From Squalus acanthias (taxonomy: Eukaryota): a stretch of 64,000 bases of DNA. The position numbers were made by a program, and so were the translations under genes. The stretch's first letter is position 1. Each line of letters opens with the position of its first letter. This document shows positions 49,221-62,954 of the stretch, piece after piece. Under the pieces are notes generated by a model, which made no database searches, was not told where the DNA came from, and saw nothing but the letters and a program-made list of their open reading frames with translations. The stretch spans positions 51,584,001 through 51,648,000 of the forward strand of contig CM059435.1 of NCBI GenBank assembly GCA_030390025.1. The letters run 5' to 3'.

Positions 49221-51537
49221 TACCCAGTATGTAAAAAGCCCAACAAGAGTCGGAGCACTGCTGGATCTAGAGAAGAGAAGTAAGTGTAGGGGAACGTCTA
49301 GGCAATAGCGATCACAATATAATAAGTTTTAAGATAAAGATTGAGAAGGACATAAGTAGGACAAAGACCAAAGTAATAAATTGGAAAAAAAAGCTGATTT
49401 TAAGTGGATGAGAATGGAACAAGGGAAAATAAACTGGAAAAATTTACTGACAAAGAAATAGAACAGCAGTAGGAAACATTTAAAACGGTGATCAATGGAG
49501 TCCAGGAAAAATATATACCACTAAAAAACAAGAACAAGCTAGACAGTAATGACATACCTTGGATGAAGAAAGAAATAAGAGCAAAATTGAAACAAAAGAA
49601 AAAGGCATACACTAAGTACATAGACAACAAAGGAGAGGATGACCAAAGCGGACAAGAGGAGGTTAGGAAAGAAGTCAAAACAACAATTAGGAAGGCAAAG
49701 AGGAACTACAAAATTAAATTATCAAGGAATATAAAAAGAAATAGTAAAGTATTCTACAGACAAATAAATAACAAAAGAAAACTCAGGATAGGGACAGGGC
49801 CACTAAGGGATACACAAGATAAACTCACAGGTAATGACAGCGAAGTGGCAGAAATATACAATAATTACTTTGCCTCGGTATTTATTAGGGAGACTAACAA
49901 GGTGAACATGACATTAGAAGGAGAGATCAAAAAGGATAAAAAGACATTTAAAATAGAAAGAGGGGATAAACTAAGCAAACTTAGAGAGGATAAAACCCCT
50001 GGTCTGGATGGATTGCCTCTGCGCATAGTAAGAGAAGTTAGGAAATAGATAGCAGAGGCACTATTACATATATATACACAAAATTCATTAGAAAAGGGAA
50101 TAGTGCCAGAGGACTAGCAGACAGCTAATATGATTCCTAAATATATCAGACAGACAGAACCCAAGCCCAGGGAACTATAGACCAATTAGCTTAAATTCTG
50201 TGGTAGGAAATTAATGGAATCCTTAATCAAAGATGTAATAGAAATACATCTAGCAACTGAAAATATAATAAAGAGTAGTCAGCACGGATTCCAAAAGGGA
50301 AGGTCATGCTTGACCAATCTTATTGAATTCTTTGAAGAAGTAACAGAAAGGGTAGATAAGGGTAATACAGTAAACATAATAAATTTGGATTTCCAAAAAG
50401 CCTTCGATAAGGTACCACATAGTAGTCTCATTACTAACATATGGAGTCAGGGGACAAATAGCAGAATGGAGAGCAAGATGGTTATAAAACAGAAAATAGA
50501 GTAGGGGGTTAAGATAGTTACTCAGTTTGGCAAATGGTAGGAAGTGGTCTTCCACAAGGATCGGTGCTGGGACCACTGTTGCTCAACATTTACATAAACG
50601 ATCTTGACTTGGGAATCGGAAGTACAATTTCAAAATTTGAGATAACACCAAACTAGGGGGTGTAGTTAATACAGAGGAGGACTGTGACAAAATACAGGAA
50701 GACATTAATAAACTTGCAAAATGGGAGTGTAATCGGCAAATGAACTTCAATATAGATCAGTGTGAGGTAATACATTTTGATAGGAAGAATAAGGAAGCCA
50801 CATACTCCTTGGAAAATAAGTGTCTAAATGGGGTAGAGGAACAGAGGGATCGGGGGGTACAGATACACAGATCAATAAAAGTTGGTAATAAGGCCATAAA
50901 AAAGCAAACAATGCACAGAGGTTAATTTCTAGAGGGATAGAATTGAAAAGCAGCGAAGTTATGTTAAACTGGTACAGAACCCCGGTGAGACCACACTTGG
51001 AGTACTGTGAACAGCTCTGCTCTCCATATTATAAAAAGGATATAGAGGCACTGGAGAAGGTGCAAAAAATATTTACTAGAATGATACCAGAACTGAGAGG
51101 TTATATCTATCAAGAAAGATTGAACAGGCTGGGGCTCTTTTCTCTAGAAAAGAGATGATTGAGGGGTGACCTGATAGAGATCTTTAAGATTATAAAGGGG
51201 TTTGATAGGGTAGACGTAGAAAAGATGTTTCCACTTGCAGGCGAGACCAGAACTAGTGGCCATAAATATAAGATAGTCACTAATAGATCCAATAGAGAAT
51301 TCAGGAGAAATTTCTTTACCCAAAGAGTGGTTAGAATATGGAGCTCACTACCACAGGGAGTAGTTGAGGCGAATAGCATAGATGCATTTAAGGGAAAGCT
51401 AGATAAGCACTTGAGGGATAAAGGAATAGAAGGATATTTTGATGGGGTTAGATGAAGATGGGTGGGAGGAGGCTCGTGTGGCATGTTGGGCCAAATGGCC
51501 TGTTTCTGTGCTGTAAATACTTTGTAATAATTTGTAA
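49215..51537 (+). mobile_element. CR1 LINE, 5'-truncated, with most of ORF2, decayed
   Basis: [61 protein letters not shown]; stops and frameshifts. Confidence 0.95.
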
Positions 51538-53412
51538 GTTCTTTCGTTCTTTAACATCTAATCTGAAGGATGGCACCCGTGACAATGTAGCACACCTTCA
51601 GTACTGCACTGGATTGTCAGTGGGCGATCATCGACAGGAACTCAAACTCAGAAAATAAGCCCTGCTGTGTTTTCCTGCAAGAAAGTTGTACTGCTATGTT
51701 TTGGGGATTTATATAAGTGTACTTTGCCATGTTGGTTGTACTGTAAAGAAAAATGTAATGTAATGCCAAGTAAGACTGAGGTAAACTTGTCGGATTTTAT
51801 TCTTGTGGACAACAAGTCAAGGGCTTGGGAGTCTGATATGTTACGTGATTCGACTTATTTTTACACAGTTAAGCTCTTTGCTAGATAATACTCTATTTAG
51901 TGGAAAAGATTAGATTTTAAAAGAGTATATAATCAGTTTACAAATCGGTCGTGTGTAAAGCAACGGTTGCTGGTCCAATATACTTTGAGTGCGTGACTGG
52001 AATTATACGCTGCTTGTATTCAGACAAGCCTCATGTTGTGGGGAAACAGCAGCACTCCATGTCTTGTGTGTGCACTTATCAAATATAATTCCTTGAGAAA
52101 CAGAAAACCTCGCTGGGATCTATCAGTGCAGGTGAAGAACTGGTAATTCCATTACTGGAGAACTGAATTACAATGCTGGGTATTGGAGCGGAATTTTTTA
52201 AAAAAATGCAATATTTTCTTCATTTAACTGCAAAAACAGTCTTTGAGGATGTGAAAGAATTGCAATTTCATACAGAGAACATCCTCTCAACTAAACTGAT
52301 CAAATACATTGTTAAAAATACAAGTAGTACAAGTCCACTCTCCTACCAGCTCCACACTTGAAATTCCAAGCGACTTGTCTCTCAACAACTCCCCTGTTCC
52401 TAAACCCCAAACCAGCGTAAATGTTTGAACTGGATATTAATAGAAATATTATTCCTCAATATCATAATTTTACTGAGTATTTTCAAACTGAGGGAAGCGG
52501 AACATGCTGCAGGGTATTGGCGATTTTGTTCCAGCTTGTATCTTTTTCAGCAGATTACAAGTGAAATTGAAAAATAGGCTGCGGTACCTTTCAAGACTAA
52601 AGAGTACTCTGTGCCTGAGAATGGAATCAGTGCTTCTGCCGAGTCAGGGATTTAATGTGCTCATTACAGCTAGGTATCCATTCCGTTAGCTACGAGAGGC
52701 CATCAATCACATATGGTTAGATAATAAGTCCAGCAACAGTGGTATAGGCAGCCGAAAATTAGGGAAGTGTCACGAGTTCAATAAAGAGCATCAATAAGTA
52801 CAACGTAGGTAGTCTAATCATGCTTTTGAGTTCTAGCCGTTAATGTGGTTCTTCTTGGAGGGAGGGAGGCTAAGGCAGGGTGGGGTATTGTACCCATGTG
52901 CAGTTTTTTTTTGGGGGGGGGTGGTTTCAAGTTAACTCCAAGGTGACTGCTTAATGGGAGTTTGGAACTAAGTCAATCCACCATGGCAGAATGGGTATTC
53001 TAATACCTGGTCCAGGTAGGTCCACGGTACTGCAGGGTGCTGTTGATGATTAACCAACCAGTCTAACTAATTAAGGGCATCTGGAGGGGCAATACTGTAA
53101 GTAGGGTCAGATATTCATCTCACTTGGCTCCACATAACCCTGTAAGCCAGTGACATAACAGGTAGGATGGCCATAGTTCAGCAAGCACTAGAAAACTTAG
53201 CAGTGCTCTGCGCGGATGATTTTAGCTGGCTAAAATTCAGCAGTACCACAAACAAACTTGAGTGTGCCTAAGAATTGGCTCTCTCAAATTTTCACCCTGG
53301 TTCTCTTGGCTGTTTTGTTGCGCATGTCCCTGTGGCGAGTATGTGTGCACTCCATATCCGCTGAAGCGACATTCTACTAATGTGAATTTCTCAGTGGTGT
53401 GTGGAGACTCTT

Positions 53413-53712
53413 AAAGAAAGAACTTGCATTATGTAGCGCCTTTCACAGCCTCAGGACATCCCAAAGTGCTTTACAGCCAGTGAAGTACTTTTGAAGTGTA
53501 GCCACTGTTGTAATGCAGGAAATGCGGCAGGCAATTTGCATACAGCGAGGTCCCATAAACAGCAATGTGATAATGACCAGATAATCTGTTTTTTTAGTGA
53601 TGTTGGTTGAGGGATAAATATTGTCTAGGACACCAGGGAGAACTCCTCTGCTCTTCAAATAGTTCCCTGGGATCTGTTTGTCCTCCTGAGGGGGCAGTCG
53701 GGGCCTCGGTGT
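53413..53712 (-). mobile_element. SacSINE1-like SINE 3' two-thirds
   Basis: Reverse complement of the core and tail. Confidence 0.85.
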
Positions 53713-54339
53713 TACCGCGACTAATACCTTAAGCATAGTGATGGGGTTTCTACATGTCAGTCATGAGTCTGACCAAAAATACAGACATCAAGGCACATGA
53801 TACTGAACTCCATCCTTGCCTCCCATTCTGCATTCTTAAACAGGATAAAGTAAGAAAAACTGAAACTACCTTTCCTCTTCTCGATGCTTGAACACACCAG
53901 CGATCCTAATGTAAGTGAACCTGGAATGTACCATCTAGATGTCTTTAGTTTTTCTCCATTTTAAACAGGACATCCTATTGCAGTCCTTCACTAAGCCCTG
54001 CTCTTGTACAAAGCCGCACATTGATCTCCACTGGCTGTTTGCTTCACTTAAATGCCACAAGAAAAAGGGCTTTTGAGCTGTTGGTTCAAGAAATCTAATT
54101 TGCAAACTTGGGAAGCCGATGACCATTTGACAGAGTTAGAGGATAATATCACTCTGAATGAGTACAGAAACATGGAAAGACATTGATCAGATCTGATCAG
54201 ATACTTCCCAAATGTCAGGGATAGTTGAAAGTCAAAGAAACTCCTGCAGCAGTTTGGAGCCCTAATGTGCTGTACCTGGAGTTAGAAGAGTTAGAAGATC
54301 ATGGGTTCGCCCCAGGGATTCTTCAACTCTTGAGTTATC

Positions 54340-54790
54340 TTGGCTCAGTGGGAGCTCTTTGAAGCCCGAGTCAGAAGCCCCACTCCAGAAATTGAGCACA
54401 TAATCGAAGCTGACAGTTCGAAGGAGGTGCTGCCTTTCAGACAAGACCAGTTAATTTTTTTTTAAGTGATAGTGGTTGAGGGAGCAACATTGGCCCCTTA
54501 AACTAAAGTCCTATCTGTCTGTTCAGTTGGACATGAAAGATCCCATGGCACAATTTGAAGAGCAGAGAGTTCTCCTGGTGCCCTGGCCAATATTCCTCCC
54601 TCAATCAACACCACCAAAACAGATTAATTGGTCATTCGTTTTATTTACTGATTCTGCATGTAAATTGGCTGCCTCCTTTGCCCGCATAACAACAGCAACT
54701 GCACTTCAAATGTAATTCATTGGTTGTGAAGCACTTTAGGATGTGCTGAGGATATGAAAGGTGCTATATAAATGCAAGTTCTTTTTCTTC
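54340..54790 (+). mobile_element. SacSINE1-like SINE, rearranged
   Basis: TGGCTCAGTGG head, AAAGATCCCATGGCAC core, AAAGGTGCTATATAAATGCAAG tail. Confidence 0.8.
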
Positions 54791-55127
54791 CTTTTTTAAA
54801 AAATTAGTCTCTCTCTGGGAGCCATCCAGCAGAAGCCAGATACTAAGAGGGAAAGAAAAAAATACTCAGAGCAACATTCAGCCCAACTATTTATCACCGC
54901 TTCTGACAGCTCGCTTCCAGTCACCATTGGTGGAGGTGCAGGAGAAGGTCACTCACCTGTCTCAGATATACCCTGCAGGGTCCGACGTTTGTTATCTACC
55001 TATTGACCAACTCCTTGTCCATACCAAAGGTGGTTCTTCCTCGATAGGAGTAATTGCTTCTGTTTAACGTACAATCAATTAATTTCGGCAAGTGGGCAAA
55101 TTCTTTAACCCACACCTGTCACTTATT

Positions 55128-55971
55128 GGGGCAGATTTTGAGGCATCCGAATAGAATATGAACTTACCTGGGGACCCTCCTTCGCAAACTTGCTGTTTGA
55201 GGCTGCGTACTCGAGGGCCGAGTAATGGCCCACGGATCCCAGGGGTGCAGCGTGTGTGGAAACGTACCTGGGATCACATGGGCCTGGTGCTCCAATCAGT
55301 GGAAGCGCCGAGTTTCCCCTCGACAGATATGTGGGAACCAGCATCTGGCTTATAGGAGAAAGAAGGGTGCAGACTGGCACCTAACCCACTCACTGAACGA
55401 GCAGGGTCAATGACAACAGCACCGTATGGTGACTTTAAAAGCTTTAATGTCAGGAAATAAGAAATAAATATATAGTTCGATTTAATATTTTGTTCTTTAT
55501 TTTGGGATTTAGTATCAGTTGAATTCAGATTGCCCCACACAAAAAAAACTGGCGAAATGACAGCACCAAGCTTCAATATCAGTTACACATTTTATTGAAA
55601 TCCTAACAAAAAAAGCTCTTCGCAATTCTACGAAGCTCACGGCTAAATTATTCAAACGGAGCTCAGGTGCTTCCATCTGTTGTAACATTTCAATTTCACT
55701 TTTATGTGAGCTAAATAAACTAAATACATGCCGAACGATGCTTTAGAACGTTTGAGGTATCCCCTTACACTGATGCAAACAGGCCCTGTCCTGTTTGCTT
55801 CAGCCATTAAATTTTCGGACATAATTGCTGGGCAGTTGGTGGGCAATTTGCCCAACTTGACAGATCGCAAGTTCAAGATTTAGCCCGAAATCCCGAACTT
55901 GCGGTCCATTTCAAAGGCGGTATGACGCCGTACTCAGAGTACCCCGTCGTACCCATTGCATATTCTGGCCC
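55128..55971. mobile_element. Harbinger-type MITE, diverged
   Basis: Ends GGGGCAGATTTTG / CATATTCTGGCCC; flanks ATT/ATA; GC-rich ends around an AT-rich core. Confidence 0.6.
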
Positions 55972-56964
55972 ATAGTGTTGTGTATGGTCAAAATAGTGAA
56001 TGGGGTCGTGCCTGTGCCCAATGGAGAGCATGAGAACTTCCGAAGCTGAATTAAGCTGAACTTTGTGACCATCAAGTTCTTCTCAACTCATCCAAACTTC
56101 TTGACTGGCAGGTGGGCAGCCTTGATCTCCATCCACACTGACCTGAAACCAGCTGTCAGAAGGGGTTGATTGATATCCACCATGTTTGACTGAGCACAAG
56201 GCATCTCTGATGGTGGAAGTAGAATAGGAGCCTGCCCAACATTCCCCGCAGCTGAAAGGTGGGTGGAGGCTCCTGGCAATGCCTTAGGGGGAAAGGGAGA
56301 GAATCAAAATAATAAAACTGGGCAGTGTCTTCGAATAAATTCAATGAGTTGGCAAAGCCAGAGATTGATTAAGAGTGAAGAAATCGATACATGAATAAAA
56401 TAAAAATAAAAACAAATAACCGTGTCACTTTCTGGAAATTACTCTGCAAAAGAAAACAATTGTTGAATTGGTGCCCAGAGTAGGTTTGATTGACTACATC
56501 CTGAGCTTGAGCATGAAGAAGGTGGTGTCTAATTTCCATACTTTCGAAGGTAATTCTACTGTGTCCCATTTATTGTGACAAGTTCAGCAAAGGATTTTTT
56601 TCCTACTATCGATCAAACAAAGAGGAGAAACAATCTTTAAAAGCAGCCTTGGCATCCTCTTGGGGCCTGCAAAAGACAGACAATTATGCACATTTTAAAA
56701 CTGTCTTAGTTTTAATCAAGTATGACAGAAATATTTAACATGGCAGCGAGTGCGTCGGAATTCACTCAAAGTTTTTTTTTGCATTAAGTATCTGCTCCCT
56801 ACACAGTTCCTACCTTAGCTCAATATCAACCAAAAATATTTTGCCTTCTTTTATCTAGTACTGTACTAGTTTGTTCGTAGGTTCCACAGTCTATTCCCTT
56901 GTGTACAAGGTGCTTCAAGTAGGGCCAACCAGTAAATTGCAAAATGTCAAATCATCAAAATGAC

Positions 56965-57620
56965 TAAACAATCTTCAAAAGCCTCGGGAAAAGAAATCTC
57001 ATTTTAGCACGGGCTGACCCAACAAAACTACTCCACAGAGGACCGAGCAAGTCCCAGCACGAGGTAGAGTGGATCAGTCGGAGCGCCCCTTGACGCAGTG
57101 ACCACAATAAAGCCAAGTTTAAGGTTAGGCCCATGATGGGAAAGTGAATGAGTACAATAGAAACACTGAATTTTAGAATGGCAGATTTTGAGGGGATTAG
57201 GGGATTGAGTTTAGTCAATTGGACTGGACAGCTCTGTTAGAGAGGAAAAGCATGGAAGAAAAGCAGATCAAGTTTACAATGAATATTATATCGAGTAGAG
57301 GAGGGATACAAACAACCAGCGAAGGAGGGCAATAGTGGGTAAAGTCTGATGAGGACAACACTGCAGGAATTAGGGCAAGAGAGATCGTTCTTCAAAGAAA
57401 AATACAAGCAGTGTGGTGGACTGAGATGAACGGTGATGGACAGGAAAGCTACAATAGGAAATTAGGTTAGGATAAGAGGGAATATTAAAATAAATGTCAA
57501 GCAATTCTATAAATACATTTGCAGGAAGCAGTTTAAAAAGGGGCCAATGAAAGATCCCAAAGGTGACATGATATGAAGTGATCCAGGGATAGAAAATATA
57601 CTACATTTTCTGTGCTCACA
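56965..57620 (+). mobile_element. Old CR1 ORF2 fragment (endonuclease/linker)
   Basis: Decayed SDHN, LNFRMADFEGI, NVKQFYKYI motifs. Confidence 0.6.
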
Positions 57621-58781
57621 GCCATCACCGTGGGCAGTCTCCCCAACAAGAAGCTGAATTTTCAGGTGGGGTGGGGGTAAAGAGAGCAAAGTGACAAATG
57701 AAACAGAAATCTTCAATATGGAGGGGGTAGAAGGGAGAAAGAGAGAGGAGGAGGAAGGAGGGGAGGAAGGTTGAAAAAGGGGGAGGAGGAGAGAGAAGAA
57801 TGGAAGAGAGCAGAGGTGAAGGGGGAGACGGGGTGGGAGAAACGGGGGAGGGGTGGGCGAAACAGCGGAGGGGGGAGAAGGTAGAAGAGGGTCGGAGGGG
57901 TAGAAGATGGCAGAAGTTGGCATTATTAATCAAAATCCAGTCTAGGGCACATAGAGGTGATCTTCTTAAGTTGAAATTGAGGCACGGTAAAGCGAGCTTT
58001 AATTTGGTTCTGACCTGGGAGCACTCAATAGTGACACAGGTTGCAAGTGTCTGCTTTCTTAGCCTGGTCAATTCTAGTCTCATTAATCTCAAAGAAAACA
58101 AACAATTTAAGTAAGTCAAAAACATAGCATTGATGTCCTAGTTATACTCAGAAGGCAAGTTAACAAGCAGGAAGTATTGGAAAACAAAATGGGCCAGATT
58201 TTACAACACAACACAATGTACAGCACAGAAACAGGCCATTCAGCCCAATTGTCCTATGCCAGCATCTATGCTCCACACGAGCCTCCTCCCACCCTCTTCA
58301 TATTGGCTATCCTTCTATTCCTTTCTCCCTCATGTACTTACCTAGCCTCCCCTTAAATGTATCTATGCTATTCGCCTCAACTACACCTTGTGGTAGCTTC
58401 GCAAGCTTAACCTCCCTGTGAGTTGCTGCATTTGCAGGTTAATTGCCCACGAAACTCGCCATAGAAAGTTAAGTCTAGTAATTAAGAGCGCAAGAACCCT
58501 TTTAACAACATGATAATTGTTAATGGCTGCCGATCAACCTATCTGGCCCAAAAAGTGAAGAATTATAAGTGTGGAGTCTTCAAATTATGAATTGTTATAG
58601 GAGATTTTTAAAAAGGTCAAATTTTAAATGTTTTACTTTATTTTCTTACCTTTCCTTCCTGTCTTTTTTTTCTGTCTTTCTTAATCCAACCTTCCTGTAT
58701 TTCTCTTTCTGTACCTGATTTGACATTGGGCTGGATTTTGTGGTAGAAATAGAGAGGCTTACAGCGCTCACCATTATTTAT

Positions 58782-61070
58782 TTTTTTTAATTCGTTCCTG
58801 GGATGTGGGCATCACTGGCATTTATTGCATATCTCTAATTGTCCTTGTGAAGGTGGTGGTGAGTTGCCTCCTCGCATGGTGAAGGTACTCCCATAGTGCT
58901 GTTAGGTAGGGAGTTCCAGGATTTTTGACCCATCAACGATGAAGGAACGGTGATATATTTCCAATTCAGGATGCTGTGTAACTTGGAGGGGAACTTGGAG
59001 GTGATGGTGTTCCCATGTGCCTGCTGCCCTTGTCCTTCTAGGTGATAGTATCGTAGGTTTGGGAGGTGCTGCCGAAGAAGCCTTGATAGCACTGTCGACA
59101 ACACCTTCCATCACTTTGCTGATGATTGAGAGTAGACTGATGGGGCGGTAATTGGCCAGATTGGATTTGTCCTTTTTTTTTGTGGACAGGACTTACCTGG
59201 GCAGTTTTCCACATTGTCGGGTAGATGCCAGTGTTGTAGTTATACTGGAACAGCTTGGCTAGAGGCGCAGCTAATTCTGGAGCACAAATCTTCAGCACGA
59301 CAGCTAGGATATTGTCGAGGTCCATTTCCTTTGCTGTATCCAGTGCGTTCAGCCGTTTCTTGATATCATGTGCCGTGAATCGAATTGGCTGAAGACCGGC
59401 TTCTGTGATGGTGGGGACCTCAGGAGGAGGCCAATATGGATCAACCACTCTGCACTTCTGGCTGAAGATGGTTGCAAATGCTTCAGCCTTGTCTTTTGCA
59501 CTCACCTGCTGGGCTCCGCCATCATTGTGGATGGCGATGTTCATGGAGCCTCCTCTTCCAGTCAGTTGTTTAATGGTCTACCACCATTCACGACTGGATG
59601 TGGCAGGACTGCAGAGCTTTGATCTGATCCATTAGTTGTGGGATCCATTAGCTCTCTCTATAGCATGTTGCTTCTGTTGTTTAGCATGCATGTAGTCCTG
59701 TGTTGCTGCTTCCCCAGGTTGGCACCTCATTTTTAGGTACGCCGGGTGCTGCTCTAGGCATGCTCTTTACTGAACCAGGGTTGGTCCCCTGGCTTGATGG
59801 TAATGGTAGAGTGAGGGCTATGCCGGGCCATGAGGTTACAGATTGTGGTGGAATACAATTCTGCTGCTGATGATCCACAGTGCCTCATGGATGCCCAGTT
59901 TTGAGCTGCTAGAATTGTTCTGAACCTATCCCATTTAGCACGGTGGTAGTGCCACACAACACGATGGAGGGTGTCCTCAGTGTGAAGACGAGACTTTGTC
60001 TCCACAAGGACTGTGCAGTGGTCACTGCTACCAATAATGTCATGGACAGATGCATCTGCGACAGGTAAATTGGTGAGGACGAGGTCAAATAGGTTTTTCC
60101 CTCGTGTTGGTTCTCTCACCACCTGTTTCAGGCCCAGTCTGGCAGCTATGTCCCTCAGGACTTGGTCAGCTCGGTCAGTAGTGGTGCTACTGAGCCACTC
60201 ATGGTGATGAAGATTGAAGTCCCCCACCCAGAGTACATTCTGTGCCCTTGCCACCCTCAGTGCTTCTTCCAAGTGGTGGTCAACATGGCGGAGTACTGAT
60301 TCATCAGCTGAGAGAGGGCGGTAGGTGGTAATCAGCATGAGGTTTCCTTGCCCATGTTTGACTTGAAACCATGAGACTTCATTGGGTCGGAGTCAATGTT
60401 GAAGATTCCCAGGGCCACTGCTTCCCGACTGTATACCACTGTGCCACCACCCCTGGTGGGTCTGTCCTGCCGGTGGGACAGGACATACCCAGGGATGGTG
60501 ATGGAGGCGTCTGGGACATTGGCAGAAAGGTATGATTCTGTGAGTATGACTATGTCAGGCTATTGCGTGACTGGTCTGTGGAACAGCTCTCCCAATTTTG
60601 ACATAGGTACCCAGATGTTAGTGAAGAGGACTTTGCAGAGTCGACTGGGCTGGGTGTGCCGTTGTCGTGTCCGAAGCCGAGATCGATGCCGGGTGGTCAG
60701 TCTGGTTTTATTCTTATTAATGTTTCTTGTAGTGGTTTGTTACAACTGAGTGGCTTGCGAGGCCATTTCAGAGGGCAGTTAAAAGTCAACCACCTTGCTG
60801 TGGGTCTGGAGTCACATATAGGCCAGACCAGGTAAGGACGGCAGATTTCCTTCCCTATTAGTGAACCAGATGGGTTTTTACAACAATCCGGTAGTTTCAT
60901 GGTCACCATTACTGATACCAGCTTTTTATTTATTTCACCAGATTTATTTAATTAACTGAATTTAAATTCCAAAGCTGCCATGCTGGGATTTGAACTCAAG
61001 TCTCCAGATTATAAATGCAGGCCTCTCGATTACTGATCCAGTAACATAACCACTATGCTACCGTTCCCGC
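58782..61070 (-). mobile_element. tRNA-headed APE-RT retrotransposon, copy with the RT core deleted
   Basis: Same head and body as 40300-40684; APE ORF 59754-60338 (LITTYRP, WVGDFN, DLVLTN, SDH); junction near 59085 skips the RT core; TSD TATTTAT (58775-58781, 61071-61077). Confidence 0.9.
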
Positions 61071-61639
61071 TATTTATGTAGAAATTGGACAGCAACTTCC
61101 AGCGAATGCACATGTGCAGTTAAACACGGAAATCAGGACGTTGCGAGATGCCCTGCTCTTCCAGAAGCTTCCCGAGAATGGTATCTGGCCGTCTGGCTCA
61201 CCATTCAAATACATTGTACAGCGTGAGGTTGCTGTACTTATTTAATAGATACGTACTAAACTTGCCATAAAAAGTTAGAGCTTGTCCATTCAGTGTATGT
61301 AGTCGTTTAATGGTGTGATAAGTCTTAATTACTGTCAAACAGCCTCTCTGGCACTGAAAATTAACTTGTACAAAATTTTAATTATTGTTGGAGATTTCAA
61401 ATGATTAAAAAAGATAAAAATAATTTTGTGTCTCTTTTTTCCTCTTAATCCAACCTTTCTTTGCCTCTCTATTTTACTTTCTGTACCTGATTGGACACTG
61501 AATTCAATATTCCAACGGACACTTCCTGGTTCAGACTCTGCGCTGCTCGTTAATGATCGTTAACGATTCTTCAATCTGATTGGTTAAGGAGATACACAGT
61601 TGCTTCCCTGTTCACACAGGTCCCAGATACCCTGTAGAG

Positions 61640-62347
61640 TAGGGTGACAATACGTCCCCGTTTTCCGGGGACAGTCCCCGGATGAGTCCCCGGTTCAGGA
61701 AACTCATCCCCGAAAATGCGCAAAAGGTTCAAATCAGGAGCCACATGACCCTGAGCTGCCCTGTGGTCGGTGAATAAAATGGGCAAAGCTGTGTGGCGAG
61801 GCATGTCCCGACGGAGGGAGGGATGTCAACCTCCTGTTTTCCACCAGTAGAAGTGGTGGACTCACTGAGAGACTTTAATTTATGCAGAGATCGAGCAACG
61901 TGGCCGCAGTACACATGCTCCACCCCCGCCCCCGCCCCCACCGAATCCCCGGATAGCCCTGCGAAATTCGTTTGAAGAGAAATTGGCCCCGGAGCCAAAA
62001 TGTCTGAGTAACAGGGGCAGCTGGTAACAGGACTAACAGGCGAAGGCTGGAGCCCGGCTGTGTGGATGTCCCGGGAGCCAGATCAGAGTGCACGCGGCGG
62101 CCTCGGATGGTGTGGGTGAGTGTCGGGCTGTAAGGAGGGGGAGGAGCCGACGATTGCGGCCGGCAGATGCTGTGAACAGCGGCCGCATTACTCAGGTGGA
62201 AAGTTCTGCCGCTGCTTTTTGCTGATTCAGTTTTCATCAAAATAACAAAAAGGTTTGCCTCCCAACCTACATTTTCCGTCCTTGCTACTTTGCTGTGCTC
62301 CCAGCCTGTGTGTCCCCTGATACGGTTTAGAAAATATGGTCACCCTA
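61640..62347. mobile_element. hAT non-autonomous element (TAGGGTGACCA-type TIR, Blackjack-like)
   Basis: TIR TAGGGTGACAATA / TATGGTCACCCTA; perfect 8-bp TSD CTGTAGAG (61632-61639, 62348-62355); subterminal GTCCC(C)G repeats. Confidence 0.92.
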
Positions 62348-62954
62348 CTGTAGAGAACGCTGCACTTTTTGGATGGTTGGCTGAGAGGAACTTGCGTGTT
62401 AAAGCCCATGGAAAGTCTATGGGCAAGTGCAAGAGTAACAAATGGCTAGCGCCGTTTGTCATTGCTGACCGCAAAATCCAGCCCATTGAATTCACCCACT
62501 CTAATTCACCCTCCTCCTCAGTCCTTCCGCTGTTTGCTTCTCAATCCTTAACTCTCATTGGTTAAGGAGATAGACTGTTTGTCCCGTCGTTCACCAAGGT
62601 TCCAGATGCCCTGTTGCCCTCGCTGCACCATTAACAGCTCGCACTTCCAGTAACATTGTGGGCAAAAAATGTTAAAACCTCAACGTGCATGATTAAGTCT
62701 AACAGGGCACGCCGCGAGATGCCCCATTCCAGCAAAATCTGTCACATTATCTGGAGAGGGAGCAGCACAGAAAGAGAGCAGAGGAATTTTACAAAAGCTA
62801 TTTTACAAATACACTTACAATAAGAGGAACAGTATGAGCAAGGACGTTCTTTTAGTGAGACCTGAAATAACTTACAGCGCTGTCCCTGTCCATCTTTGTG
62901 TGTGGGCACGGTGTAAAACTGCAATTAAGACGTATAACAGACGTCATCGACATA

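Larger units (their letters stand above)
58728..62484. mobile_element. Inner Harbinger-type MITE (family C)
   Basis: 16-bp TIR GGGCTGGATTTTG(T/C)GG; TSD ATT (58725-58727, 62485-62487). Confidence 0.85.
58191..62745. mobile_element. Outer Harbinger-type MITE (family C-related) hosting nested insertions, including a minus-strand CR1 tail at ~58205-58397
   Basis: Ends GGGCCAGATTTT / AAAATCTGTCAC, flanks AAT/ATT. The segments 58398-58727 and 62485-62745 rejoin (CCTGATTTGACATT|GAATTCA), paralleling 61481-61507. Confidence 0.6.

Noticed and set aside
54957-55058. Minus-strand exon ending in a strong AG|GTGAGT donor
   Set aside because: Weak acceptor and stops in all three frames.
57625-58125. Pro/Ser/Leu-rich ORFs on both strands
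   Set aside because: Products of a purine-rich low-complexity tract.
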